Source: a virus (taxonomy: Duplodnaviria; Caudoviricetes). From it: a stretch of DNA of 64,000 nt. Below are positions 45,961-56,330 of the stretch, piece after piece. A program made the position numbers and the translations under genes. The notes under the pieces are model-generated. The model saw nothing but the letters and a program-made list of their open reading frames with translations. It searched no databases and was not told where the DNA came from. The stretch's first letter is position 1; each line of letters begins with the position of its first letter. Where the stretch lies: positions 1 through 64,000 of IMG/VR virus record IMGVR_UViG_3300021255_002891; one strand, given 5' to 3'.

Positions 45961-48900
45961 ACTATTTCATCTTCTTTAGCGTAGTAATTTTCAGTTGCAG
46001 TATCCATTTCATTACCAAGAATATCGACTTCAGAATAAAGCCCCCATTGATTGTGTGGGTCTTGTCTTCTAGTGTACAAATCAATTCTTTTGTTTACATA
46101 AAAAGCACCATTAGTAAAAGGATACTCTTCTATGGCATCTTTATTGATACTGTCACCATTGTTTAACAAATCTCTCCAAATGATTCTACATGTGCCATCT
46201 TTCAAAACTTTAGCATAACTAGGAACATCTAAATTGTCGATTTTAAATAGTTTATAAGCTGCATACAAATCATCTTTAGGTGTTAACGTATCAAGAATCG
46301 GATTGTTTTCATCTTTCATTATATCACAAGCAAACTCTTCGTCAGAATCCAAATAAACAGTACAAGTGAACACATTATCATTTATGTTTTCAATTGTTTT
46401 AAGAATATAGTATTTTTCGTTGATTCTGTCATAAATCATTGATTTATCTCCGAATTTTAGAAAATGTTTCTGTAATGTTGTTATTTTATATGTTCCTGTA
46501 GACAACCAATGTAATTCTCTTATTACAAGAAAATCTGGCATCACCGTCTTAACTTTATCGAAAGTTTTAATTGGTATTTCATAATGAGGGTTATAATAAT
46601 ATCCTTCTTTAAATGAACATAAATTAGTTTTTTTAATGTCTATATATCCATAACTTCCCAACACAAATGCATCGCCAATATCATAATCATCTTTTTCTAT
46701 TTCATCATAATTAAAATTCAAGTAGTATTTTTGCGAATTAGTTGATGTACACTCCCTTTGGCTTGTGTTAAACCTATGAAGAATTGGTTGTATACTCCTT
46801 TCAATTGCGTTATAAGCATCGTAATAGCATAAATCTCCATAGAAATGCTTGTCTGTTTCATAAGACACCTCAAAATCATTTATCCTCAAATTAGAGTCTC
46901 TAGTATACAGATACCTTCTTTCTTCTCCTCCGTTAATAACGCTGACATCATATCCGTTTTTTCCATCAACATTGTTTATTTTTTTAATTGATACAACATC
47001 TTCATTATATATTGACTCTTCCGATGCATCTATCCCACAAGTTATCATACCAAAACAATGTGAAAACTCTACATTTTCAGCTTTAGTTCTTATAAGTTGC
47101 CCAGACCAATAATCATTAGGGGCATCAAATCCATACCATTCTTTATAACCTTGATTGTTTTTTATTGCTGTAAAATAAAGGCTAGATAAAGGTCTACCTA
47201 AGTTGTCTTTTAAGTATGATAAATCTATGTCATCTGTGAAAACGATTTCTGAAATATCATCGCCATAAATGTTTTTAGCAAAAGCAAGCTTACTCAAATG
47301 ATTTTCAAATTCATATTCTTTAGCTTGATAATATGATATGGTTTCTCCTGAGTTTTTATATATTTCATATTCATTTGACGTGCTAGCACTAGCATATTTA
47401 AAATTAGGCAATTTAGAAAAAATCCTTACATAATATTCACACTCAATATCACCTACCACTTTTTTATAGGATATTTGTTGAGCTTTGTCATCAAGATTAA
47501 CATATCTATCATTAACAATATAGTATTTAAAAGACTCCTCTGGTTTGCCTTTAGTATAATATTTTCTAGTTATTGAATCTATGTTATATATAACATAATT
47601 ATCATCGTCATCATTTGTTTTAGCAGAAATATCTTCACTGTATAAATCTTTATCATCCAAATAAACCCAATATTTACTTATCTGAAAATAAGAATTGAAT
47701 ACTGTGAATATATAATCATCAACAACTTCTGCTACCTCCGCATTATCAATTATCTTTCTTGTTACAAGAACATCTTTTTCGTTTTTAACAGAATACTTAT
47801 TATTAGGATTTTTGTCCTCTTTTTGCAATTCGGCTGACAAATAACTAGCTTCATCTTTACTTTCAAATTTTTCACTAACAATAGTTCCGTTTTTCTCAAC
47901 CCAGTATAAATCAGTGGTATACGTTTTATATATGTTAACGTAATCACCAACATCTAAACCATGCTTCGCAATACTGTATATGACAAGTTGTGATGTTCCG
48001 TTATCTGACCTTGTGTTCTCATCAAAATATATGGCTTTCATTGAATTAACGCCATCATTACATTCAATAATATCAGTAAATGGACTGTATATCTTTGTTT
48101 CTTTACCTTCCACCTTAACAGTTTTTATATAAGGTGTAAATGATGAGCTAGGATATGTTATGCAATAGTTCCAATTCTTTTCCAATCTATTCTGATATTC
48201 ATTATATTTAGGAACAAATGAAAACAAATCATGAGAAGGGTACATGTCAACAAAATCACCAGAATTATAATACATTAAAGGTCTTTCCATATTAAGCTCT
48301 TTATCAAGTTTAAAATTAGAATAAGACTTAATTTTAGATGTATTTTCAAAGCCAACCCAACCATCATATTTATAAATTAGTTTTTTCTTAACAGTATCTT
48401 CAAATGTATCTATGTTATCGGCATCGTATAAATGCATAGCCACAAATTTTGCCCCATCTGGAACGTTTGCTTTAATAGGAAAATAATATTTCTCGCAAAT
48501 TTTATGTCCAGTCACATCCCTCATTAAATCTGCAATGGTATTAAAAGCTGAATAAGTTGCATTAGAGCCGCCATCAGGCATTTTGCAGACAGTTCTGAAC
48601 GTATTACTTCTAATTAAATGGCTATTCAAAAAATCTAATCCACAATGATATACAAAACCTAAATTCGATAATTGTGTATCTCTAATAGAGTTTGTAGGAT
48701 GTAGCCAGTCAGTAGTAGGATTAATCCTTCCATCATCATTATGCTTAAGGTCATTAGTAAGGGCTGAAATTGGTTTACTTCTATCATTATTTAATGAGTT
48801 TTTTACTTTCCAGTCTTCTGATTGGTATGTCATACCATTACTGCCCCAAAATCCCATTTCTTCATTCTTGTAGAGAACGCCACTAAACTCAGTATTATCA

Positions 48901-49187
48901 CCGACACCATAATTTACATTAACGACATCGTTACTTCCTTCTCTCTTAACTATCTCAGTTATTTTATTGAATAAAACATTAGAACACAATGTATTAACTT
49001 GACAAGTTAATCTTATTTTGTTACAATTTCTTCTTTCTTCAAGATACTGGTCATATTGGCTAATAACTTCGGCAACGTCATTGAAGGGTAATAATTTCCT
49101 ATTACCCCTCAAATTAACGCTTACACTACTACTAGTGTTGACAGATTTTTTACTGTCATATGAATTAAGAAATATTTGTTTATCCAT
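45954..49187 (-). CDS. large structural-operon protein (1077 aa)
   Basis: Long ORF with coupled overlaps on both sides. Confidence 0.75.
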   Translation of the reverse strand: MDKQIFLNSYDSKKSVNTSSSVSVNLRGNRKLLPFNDVAEVISQYDQYLEERRNCNKIRLTCQVNTLCSNVLFNKITEIVKREGSNDVVNVNYGVGDNTEFSGVLYKNEEMGFWGSNGMTYQSEDWKVKNSLNNDRSKPISALTNDLKHNDDGRINPTTDWLHPTNSIRDTQLSNLGFVYHCGLDFLNSHLIRSNTFRTVCKMPDGGSNATYSAFNTIADLMRDVTGHKICEKYYFPIKANVPDGAKFVAMHLYDADNIDTFEDTVKKKLIYKYDGWVGFENTSKIKSYSNFKLDKELNMERPLMYYNSGDFVDMYPSHDLFSFVPKYNEYQNRLEKNWNYCITYPSSSFTPYIKTVKVEGKETKIYSPFTDIIECNDGVNSMKAIYFDENTRSDNGTSQLVIYSIAKHGLDVGDYVNIYKTYTTDLYWVEKNGTIVSEKFESKDEASYLSAELQKEDKNPNNKYSVKNEKDVLVTRKIIDNAEVAEVVDDYIFTVFNSYFQISKYWVYLDDKDLYSEDISAKTNDDDDNYVIYNIDSITRKYYTKGKPEESFKYYIVNDRYVNLDDKAQQISYKKVVGDIECEYYVRIFSKLPNFKYASASTSNEYEIYKNSGETISYYQAKEYEFENHLSKLAFAKNIYGDDISEIVFTDDIDLSYLKDNLGRPLSSLYFTAIKNNQGYKEWYGFDAPNDYWSGQLIRTKAENVEFSHCFGMITCGIDASEESIYNEDVVSIKKINNVDGKNGYDVSVINGGEERRYLYTRDSNLRINDFEVSYETDKHFYGDLCYYDAYNAIERSIQPILHRFNTSQRECTSTNSQKYYLNFNYDEIEKDDYDIGDAFVLGSYGYIDIKKTNLCSFKEGYYYNPHYEIPIKTFDKVKTVMPDFLVIRELHWLSTGTYKITTLQKHFLKFGDKSMIYDRINEKYYILKTIENINDNVFTCTVYLDSDEEFACDIMKDENNPILDTLTPKDDLYAAYKLFKIDNLDVPSYAKVLKDGTCRIIWRDLLNNGDSINKDAIEEYPFTNGAFYVNKRIDLYTRRQDPHNQWGLYSEVDILGNEMDTATENYYAKEDEIVC

Positions 49188-52100
49188 TTTTAATACTGAA
49201 ATCTGTTTTTAGTTTTTTACCTATTGTCATTTTATCTTTACTGTGCTCTGCCTCAATAATACATTCACCTCTGTCATTCACTTGATAACACTGGTTATCT
49301 AATGCTATTGTGAACTCAGACAATTTATATGTGAAATTAGATGGAGTTTTAGCATAAATTTCAACTAATGCTCCACTACTCCAATTATTATCTATCATAA
49401 TACCCATATTCTGCGTCCATTTAACAACAAAGTCTAAGAAATATACGTCATCTCTACTTTTCTTTGAAAAATAAAATTCATTACAATTTACATAATATAT
49501 ATTATTTGCATTATCCGTAAACTTAAATATATATGACATCATTTCATAATTAGCAAAAGCTTGACATTGCCATGCCGTAGGAAGGCCAGTAGTAGAGAAT
49601 TTCATTCTAAATGCTAATACTTGAATATGTATCTTGGTGTTAGCACTAGCGTTGGCAGCTTCTGTAGCAGCACTAGATACCATTACATAAGATGCTGGGG
49701 TGTCATAACTAGTTGCGACCCCCTCATCATTAATCTCTACTGGAATACCTGGGTTATTAGGCGTTGGTTTAAGTAGCACATGTCTTGCATCAAATAAATC
49801 AGAACATTCTACCGTTCTAAATCTTCTATTAAGCATATCCTCAGATTTATAAAGATACTCTCTATCAATAACTATTGCAAAAACAGAAGCGCCATTGTCT
49901 TCGTTTACATCAATTGTATATCCGAATAAAATGTTAGCAAAATCAGTGTCATCAGATTTAAGCCATTCTTTATCTCCTTCAACAGTTTTATAATAGAACT
50001 GACCCTTAGTGGGAGCACCATTTTTCAACGTAAAGCCATCACTAATCTTCACTCCATTAGGTAATGTTGTGTCTTTATTAATGAACCAAAATGTTTGATT
50101 AGGATGGTTAAATTTATGTAATTTAATAGCTCTATCTGTTAATATGTTATATATATCAACGCCCCTTATACAAGCATCTTGAGTTGTTGGATTATTCAAT
50201 GATGCTGTTTTATAGTATGTAATACCATCTACATAATGACCATTAGCTCGGCAAATATATCCTAAGTCTCCTGTGTTTGTATCTCTAGTTAATACTTTAA
50301 TCATTATAGGAACTCTAGTGTATATATCAAAATCGTCACTTTCCCTAGGTGTAAACTTAAAGTTTAAAGATACACTATCAGCCACAAACTTTACATAATT
50401 ATCGTCTTCTACTGACAATTTCTTAAATACGACATTTCCATAGTCATCATTGCCCTCAGTAGGCGGTATAAACTGTATTGGAGAAGAGAAATCGAAACTA
50501 AAATCAAATGATTCACCATTACTTGCCTTTATTTCAAGTGAATTATCTGGATTTATATCCACATTAGTTCCATAGCCACATGAAATATATGAAAAATCAT
50601 ATCTTTCAGCAGGATAAATGTTTCCAACATCCAAATATCTAATGGTAGGATAGTTTTTATCAACTGCCACCCTTTCTCTATTAAATTCCCAGTTATAACC
50701 TAATTGGTTTTGGCTGCTATACGGATAACAATATACATAGAAAGGTAGACTCGGTTCGTACATTCCAGCTGGGCCACCTTGTTCGTTATTACAATAATAT
50801 CCTAATCGTGTTCTGTTAAACGCTGACCAATATAAGTTTCTTATATCAAGAGTACCAAACGTAGATTCATAAGGACGTTTTATTATTTGAGAATCGCCCT
50901 CATCAGTCTCCCATACAGAATCGGTAAGAGCCGCATTATAATATGTTTTGGCATCTTCATAAGGTGAATCAGATGAAGAATAAGAATATTCTAGTCTATT
51001 ATTCTTAGTGAAACCATTGTCACTTGTGTTTGCAGAAACTATATTATAGTCTTTGTCATAAGACATTTCAATTCCATTATATGTAAAACCGTATATTCTA
51101 GTAGATTTCCACACTCTATCTACAGCTGGGTTCTCATGTAAAGAAAAACTATCACCAAAACAAGGCCCTAATACAGTTAAGTCAAAATCAAATCTCCTAT
51201 CAACGAATAAAGACCTTAAATATGGTTGAGTTTTACTCATACGCTGACAATCAGCAGTTTGATTATCTTTTGAGTTATATGCCCTTATAAAATTAGTAAT
51301 AGGTCCAGTTATATCTTGACCTAATTTTTTAACACTAACGTTATCACCATAAGGAAACTGCGTAGTATAATTTGGAAGTCTCATTGTGTTTATATCACAA
51401 TTTATAGCAGACGTAGACACATATCTTCCGTTTTGCGTGAATGCAGCAAAATAATTACCCAATTTGTCGCTGTTCTCATACTGTTCGTTCCATAGTGGAC
51501 CCATGCTGCTTCCAGTTCTGCCAGAATATATTCTAGGTACTATATGAGGGAATGATGAATCTGGTAGTGTTGCAGTATTATAATCGTTAAGAACGTATTG
51601 ACTAAACATTAAATCCATTTCCTCATAACGAGGTACTACGCTTCTATATAATATCCTAGAGCCACCTCCAGTTGCAGTATATTCAAACGTAAGGTCTGAA
51701 TTTTCAGTTACATAAGCCGCATCAGAAAGGCTAAACATTGTATTGAATTTATACTGTAATATTCTTTGTCTAGTATCCAAAGAATCAATACCTAAATCCA
51801 AATCAACAAAATCTTCCCACGTTCTTTCATTATCAGGAGTTGTCGGAACAAACCTATATGTGTCTTCTTGATGCAAACCATACCAACCCTTTATATGTGA
51901 ATCTGTTTCAGAACTACTATAGAAATAACTTTGATTTGCTACAGTAGCTTGTTGATTGTCATTTGTAGTTCCAAGCATAAACTTAACTGGCATTGTGTTC
52001 AAATATGTGTTGAAGTTTTCACCATTGTTAATTTGTACTGAAATTGATGTAGTATTATCAACTAAAATACAAGCATCTTCGAAACAGCCACAATATTGGG

Positions 52101-55100
52101 ATATTGTAAGAACAAAACTAGTTGGTTGATAAACATTAAACACAATGGCATATGTTCCAGTTCCATTCCCATATTCATCTAAATTTTCAACCACACTAAC
52201 CCAATAATGTGCTATGCTAGCCAAATCCCAAGATAAACCACCTGTTGAGGCTGCAATTGAGGACGGACGATTATTCTGGTCACATAAACAGTCCATAGTT
52301 GTTAACCCAGACTCAACATTAGCTTGTAATGTGATTAAAACATTAACATCTAACATTGGAACTTCCTCGTTTTGCCTTTCAGCATGAACATTTAATCTAT
52401 AAAGATTATTTACATATGGAAGCGCAGTGACATTAGTAACATTTTTTATGACAAAAATATAGCCGTCTACGGAAATATTAGTTATCTTTATTTTACCATA
52501 CAAATTGTTTTTATCATTACAAATAAAATCAATTCTACTAGTAGCTTCATCATAAAACTTAGTACCCAATTCTTCAGTTTCTACAGTTGCATTTATTTTT
52601 GTTTTCTCCAAATTAACTTTTTCAGAAACCATTTTACCCTCTCTATCTATGAGTTCAAGTACATATATTTGGTTATCTAAGTGTTCGATGATTGTTCCTG
52701 TTCCATTACTTTCGATTTGGTATTTAACATTACCATTTTCGTTAACTTTAACACATTTCTTACCACCATCTTCTATAAAAGTTCCACCTATGACGAAATC
52801 TGTCATAGTCATTCCACTTTCCCTAATTATTTCTATATTATTTGAATCATATAGAGCATAGGTATATGGAGCTTTAATATCGTCAACCATGACCCTTATA
52901 TATCCATAAGCATAGTTTTGACTGTAATCACATACTGTAGTAGTAGTGTTAGCATCATATTCTATTGGGCAATATGATTTGCCTTGTGTTTCTATTATTG
53001 GCGTAAACGGCATTTTAACATTTTTGAAACATACAGCATTAAACATTTCATTAAACTTATCAATTGCAGTACTTCCAGGTTTTATACCAAAATAAAAATA
53101 GAATGAGTTATTATACAAAGGCATATGATGGTCATTATCATCTTTATGAATGTAGAAATGCCTTATTCTACCTTCAGGATTATCATTTTTGTTTCCGCTT
53201 TCAGCACCCAATCTAAATGTTAAGTATTGTTCATCCCTTTCATCAAAAAGAGCTTGCCTAAAACTTTTTTTATATTTTTTCATGGGTATTTGAAGCCTTC
53301 CATCAAAATCGACTGGATAAATAAACTTAAACTTAGGAATTAAATAATTCGTATTATCATCAAGTACTTGTGTTGTGTATCCACTAACTGAATCTTGGTA
53401 ATCTTGTGGAATAAAGCCAATATGATTCATTGTTGCAAACATAGCGCGATTTTCCATGTCATCAAGTTCTAATTTGTTTATAAAGCCATCAGTCTCGAAA
53501 GGTGCTACTTCGGGCTGTTTTGCCGTGCTTGAATTTACATAACTCATATCGTATGACATATCAAGATTAACACCATACTCGCTAAGTCTTTCAACATTAA
53601 AACAAGATTTTGGTCTAGTTTTTGCATATGTACATGCCAAATCCATAAACAATCCAGTTCTATAAACTGGAACTTGTTTATTTCCGTTATGACCCCAATC
53701 CATTCCTGTTGTTATCGTTGTACCTGAATCTTCTCCACCGCCAGTATCAACATTAGAATCTTCATCATCACCCTTGGTAATAGACTCCTCTTCAATTGTA
53801 GCAATTGGAGGTACATTAGCTGTGGTTGATGGTAATGATTTGAAGAACTGAGGGATGCCATATAGGTTATTTTCTCTTAAATTACCTAAAAGTATAATAT
53901 CAGTAGCATAAAGTCTTATTGCTGGGAAAGGATTTATCCTTTCTAGCATTGCCAAATCTTGATTAGTAACATCTGTTGTTGGTTGTAATGCAACATAATA
54001 ATATGCTGTTAATCCATCTTTATTTTCAACAGGTTTAATCAACCCATTAAAATATCTAACTCGGCTTTTTTTAAACTTGTGCCATCTTTCTTCTTTATCT
54101 GGAATATCACTTTCATTTATTTCCAAAGAATTGTTTTTATAGTTAACATCACAAGTTACATATGTTTTAAGCTTACCATATTTCTTATCACAACTGCAAT
54201 ACTCGTTTTTAGCCCTAGACTTAATTAGTCCAAATAACCAAGACTTCTTTTTCCTTTTTCTCCAATACCATAATGGCATATAAAGGCATCCATTAACCCA
54301 ATCTTGATATAGGTCTAATTTAACCACTTTAAAATCTTGTGCTAATTTTTGCTGTATTTTATCTATTAACTCTTCATTGTTAGAGCTTTTAGTACAGTTA
54401 TTTCCCATGTCTGTTGGACAATCAGTATGCCTACAGTCAATGCTACCAGGACATCCACATCCTGGATAATATGCTACATTACCTCCATCAATTCCACCTT
54501 GTATGTTTATACATCCTATAAGTTTTATATCAGGTATTACCTTTTTAAGACCTTTACCAACCAAAGGTAGTTTACCAATTAATCTTCTAAACTCTCTAAA
54601 AATGTTAAGTATTTTATTAATCGGTCTTATAATGAACTCATTAATAAAATATATCACATAAGTTACTATGATAAACACGAGACAAATTACCATATAAGTA
54701 AATGGTAAATCTATATTAAGTTTATTAAATGGTATTTGGTTTTGGTCTGCTGCTAGGTTTGCTCCTTTTAATGCGCTATAATTCTTAGAATAAGCTCTGT
54801 GAGCAACTTGTGTTTTAGGAATATAGTTTTTAATGCTGTACACATTATTCCAATACAAGTCACGGAAACAACTCTGAGGGGTAGACGTGCCAAATGTATA
54901 CATCCTTTCAACTTCTTTACCACTAATATTAATGGTTGGAACGACTTTTGTCTCGTCAAACATAGGATTCATAGGCACAAGATACTTGGCAGTGTGTCTT
55001 GAAATAGCCTCATCACCAGTTTCATCCTTGCTTATTCTAAACCTAACTTGAGTTCTAGTTGCTATACCCTTATTTGGATTGTCGGTTGGAACTATATTTC

Positions 55101-56091
55101 CATATTCATCAGTTCCGATATAGTCCAAATTCATTGGAATCTGATAACACCAGACTCCATCGTTATTTATTAGTCTATTTCCTTTAATCTGGTATTCCTC
55201 AATAAAACCATCAACAGTCTTACGAATCATTTCAATAGTACCCTCACTAGCCACCAACTGGTCATTCATACCATTGTTTACGCTTGGGGCGCATTTATGA
55301 CCAATTGAATTGCTTCCATTGTCTGACACAATAGAACCCATAAACACACAAGTTGGTTCAAACTTATATTGAACTTGTATGTCACTTCTAGTTATTGCAG
55401 CAACACCATTATCAACATCACCCCAGAATGGATACACAAAAACGCTTTTATTTTGTGAAATAATCTGTGCTAAATTGTCTAAGTTGGTACTCTCCTTAAA
55501 TTGCTTTGGGCTATCGAACATTTCAAGATTATAACCCTTGTATGTAAAATCAGTAGGTGTCTGAGATAATATACCAATATCTGACAAATCAATGTCAACA
55601 TGTAATTTTTGACTTCCACTAGGAACGCCAAAAATCATATAGTCACCAGCGTTATTAGTAACTGTAGTGTATTTCCAATACTTGTCATATATTTCTAACT
55701 GAATGCTATCATCTAGTACTAATCTTTTGTTTGGGAATGTTCCAACAACCCTATAGCAATCATTATCGCTATAGTCTGGCAATATATTATACCTCCTACC
55801 TTCTCTGTCCTTAGACATTACATCTGAATATGGGTAAATGGACTCTATTAGTGTAGAATCATTTTCGTCTCTTTCAATGAACAGCGATATTTTTGCATTA
55901 GAAATACCAAATGCATCATTAGCAAGAACCCTTCCAATTATAACACCATAATTGGAAGAGTGTAATCTGTAAGCATCTTTCTGTCTTAACTTCAATGACA
56001 AGATTTCCATGAAATCGAAATCTTGTTTCATGTTTACATTAAGAACAGTATCACTTGCTATGTTTGTATGTATTCTATAGTTTTTTTCCAT
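49180..56091 (-). CDS. giant structural-operon protein (2303 aa) with internal membrane segment
   Basis: N-terminal GVIIGRV...NAKISLF beta-sandwich-like region; TM segment near residues 460-485; Cys-rich patch. Confidence 0.75.
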   Translation of the reverse strand: MEKNYRIHTNIASDTVLNVNMKQDFDFMEILSLKLRQKDAYRLHSSNYGVIIGRVLANDAFGISNAKISLFIERDENDSTLIESIYPYSDVMSKDREGRRYNILPDYSDNDCYRVVGTFPNKRLVLDDSIQLEIYDKYWKYTTVTNNAGDYMIFGVPSGSQKLHVDIDLSDIGILSQTPTDFTYKGYNLEMFDSPKQFKESTNLDNLAQIISQNKSVFVYPFWGDVDNGVAAITRSDIQVQYKFEPTCVFMGSIVSDNGSNSIGHKCAPSVNNGMNDQLVASEGTIEMIRKTVDGFIEEYQIKGNRLINNDGVWCYQIPMNLDYIGTDEYGNIVPTDNPNKGIATRTQVRFRISKDETGDEAISRHTAKYLVPMNPMFDETKVVPTINISGKEVERMYTFGTSTPQSCFRDLYWNNVYSIKNYIPKTQVAHRAYSKNYSALKGANLAADQNQIPFNKLNIDLPFTYMVICLVFIIVTYVIYFINEFIIRPINKILNIFREFRRLIGKLPLVGKGLKKVIPDIKLIGCINIQGGIDGGNVAYYPGCGCPGSIDCRHTDCPTDMGNNCTKSSNNEELIDKIQQKLAQDFKVVKLDLYQDWVNGCLYMPLWYWRKRKKKSWLFGLIKSRAKNEYCSCDKKYGKLKTYVTCDVNYKNNSLEINESDIPDKEERWHKFKKSRVRYFNGLIKPVENKDGLTAYYYVALQPTTDVTNQDLAMLERINPFPAIRLYATDIILLGNLRENNLYGIPQFFKSLPSTTANVPPIATIEEESITKGDDEDSNVDTGGGEDSGTTITTGMDWGHNGNKQVPVYRTGLFMDLACTYAKTRPKSCFNVERLSEYGVNLDMSYDMSYVNSSTAKQPEVAPFETDGFINKLELDDMENRAMFATMNHIGFIPQDYQDSVSGYTTQVLDDNTNYLIPKFKFIYPVDFDGRLQIPMKKYKKSFRQALFDERDEQYLTFRLGAESGNKNDNPEGRIRHFYIHKDDNDHHMPLYNNSFYFYFGIKPGSTAIDKFNEMFNAVCFKNVKMPFTPIIETQGKSYCPIEYDANTTTTVCDYSQNYAYGYIRVMVDDIKAPYTYALYDSNNIEIIRESGMTMTDFVIGGTFIEDGGKKCVKVNENGNVKYQIESNGTGTIIEHLDNQIYVLELIDREGKMVSEKVNLEKTKINATVETEELGTKFYDEATSRIDFICNDKNNLYGKIKITNISVDGYIFVIKNVTNVTALPYVNNLYRLNVHAERQNEEVPMLDVNVLITLQANVESGLTTMDCLCDQNNRPSSIAASTGGLSWDLASIAHYWVSVVENLDEYGNGTGTYAIVFNVYQPTSFVLTISQYCGCFEDACILVDNTTSISVQINNGENFNTYLNTMPVKFMLGTTNDNQQATVANQSYFYSSSETDSHIKGWYGLHQEDTYRFVPTTPDNERTWEDFVDLDLGIDSLDTRQRILQYKFNTMFSLSDAAYVTENSDLTFEYTATGGGSRILYRSVVPRYEEMDLMFSQYVLNDYNTATLPDSSFPHIVPRIYSGRTGSSMGPLWNEQYENSDKLGNYFAAFTQNGRYVSTSAINCDINTMRLPNYTTQFPYGDNVSVKKLGQDITGPITNFIRAYNSKDNQTADCQRMSKTQPYLRSLFVDRRFDFDLTVLGPCFGDSFSLHENPAVDRVWKSTRIYGFTYNGIEMSYDKDYNIVSANTSDNGFTKNNRLEYSYSSSDSPYEDAKTYYNAALTDSVWETDEGDSQIIKRPYESTFGTLDIRNLYWSAFNRTRLGYYCNNEQGGPAGMYEPSLPFYVYCYPYSSQNQLGYNWEFNRERVAVDKNYPTIRYLDVGNIYPAERYDFSYISCGYGTNVDINPDNSLEIKASNGESFDFSFDFSSPIQFIPPTEGNDDYGNVVFKKLSVEDDNYVKFVADSVSLNFKFTPRESDDFDIYTRVPIMIKVLTRDTNTGDLGYICRANGHYVDGITYYKTASLNNPTTQDACIRGVDIYNILTDRAIKLHKFNHPNQTFWFINKDTTLPNGVKISDGFTLKNGAPTKGQFYYKTVEGDKEWLKSDDTDFANILFGYTIDVNEDNGASVFAIVIDREYLYKSEDMLNRRFRTVECSDLFDARHVLLKPTPNNPGIPVEINDEGVATSYDTPASYVMVSSAATEAANASANTKIHIQVLAFRMKFSTTGLPTAWQCQAFANYEMMSYIFKFTDNANNIYYVNCNEFYFSKKSRDDVYFLDFVVKWTQNMGIMIDNNWSSGALVEIYAKTPSNFTYKLSEFTIALDNQCYQVNDRGECIIEAEHSKDKMTIGKKLKTDFSIKNG

Positions 56092-56326
56092 TACTTAACT
56101 TTTCTATAAATTTACTTGGAACTTTAATACCCATTGTCTTTCCGACCAATAATTGGTAAGACAGTATAATAATGATAATAGGAACAGTCAATACCATAAG
56201 AGGCATAATTAAAAGGCCAACTATAATTCTTTTGATGGCTTTTACCAACTTTCCAAAATAACTATCATTTTGATTTTCGTTTTGCTTATTCTGAAGCTCC
56301 GTAACTTTTTTACAATTACATCCCAT
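56075..56326 (-). CDS. small membrane protein with N-terminal CxC (MGCNCKK)
   Basis: 83 aa with a long hydrophobic stretch IIVGLLIMPLMVLTVPIIIIILSY. Confidence 0.7.
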   Translation of the reverse strand: MGCNCKKVTELQNKQNENQNDSYFGKLVKAIKRIIVGLLIMPLMVLTVPIIIIILSYQLLVGKTMGIKVPSKFIEKLSNGKKL

Positions 56327-56330
56327 AACA

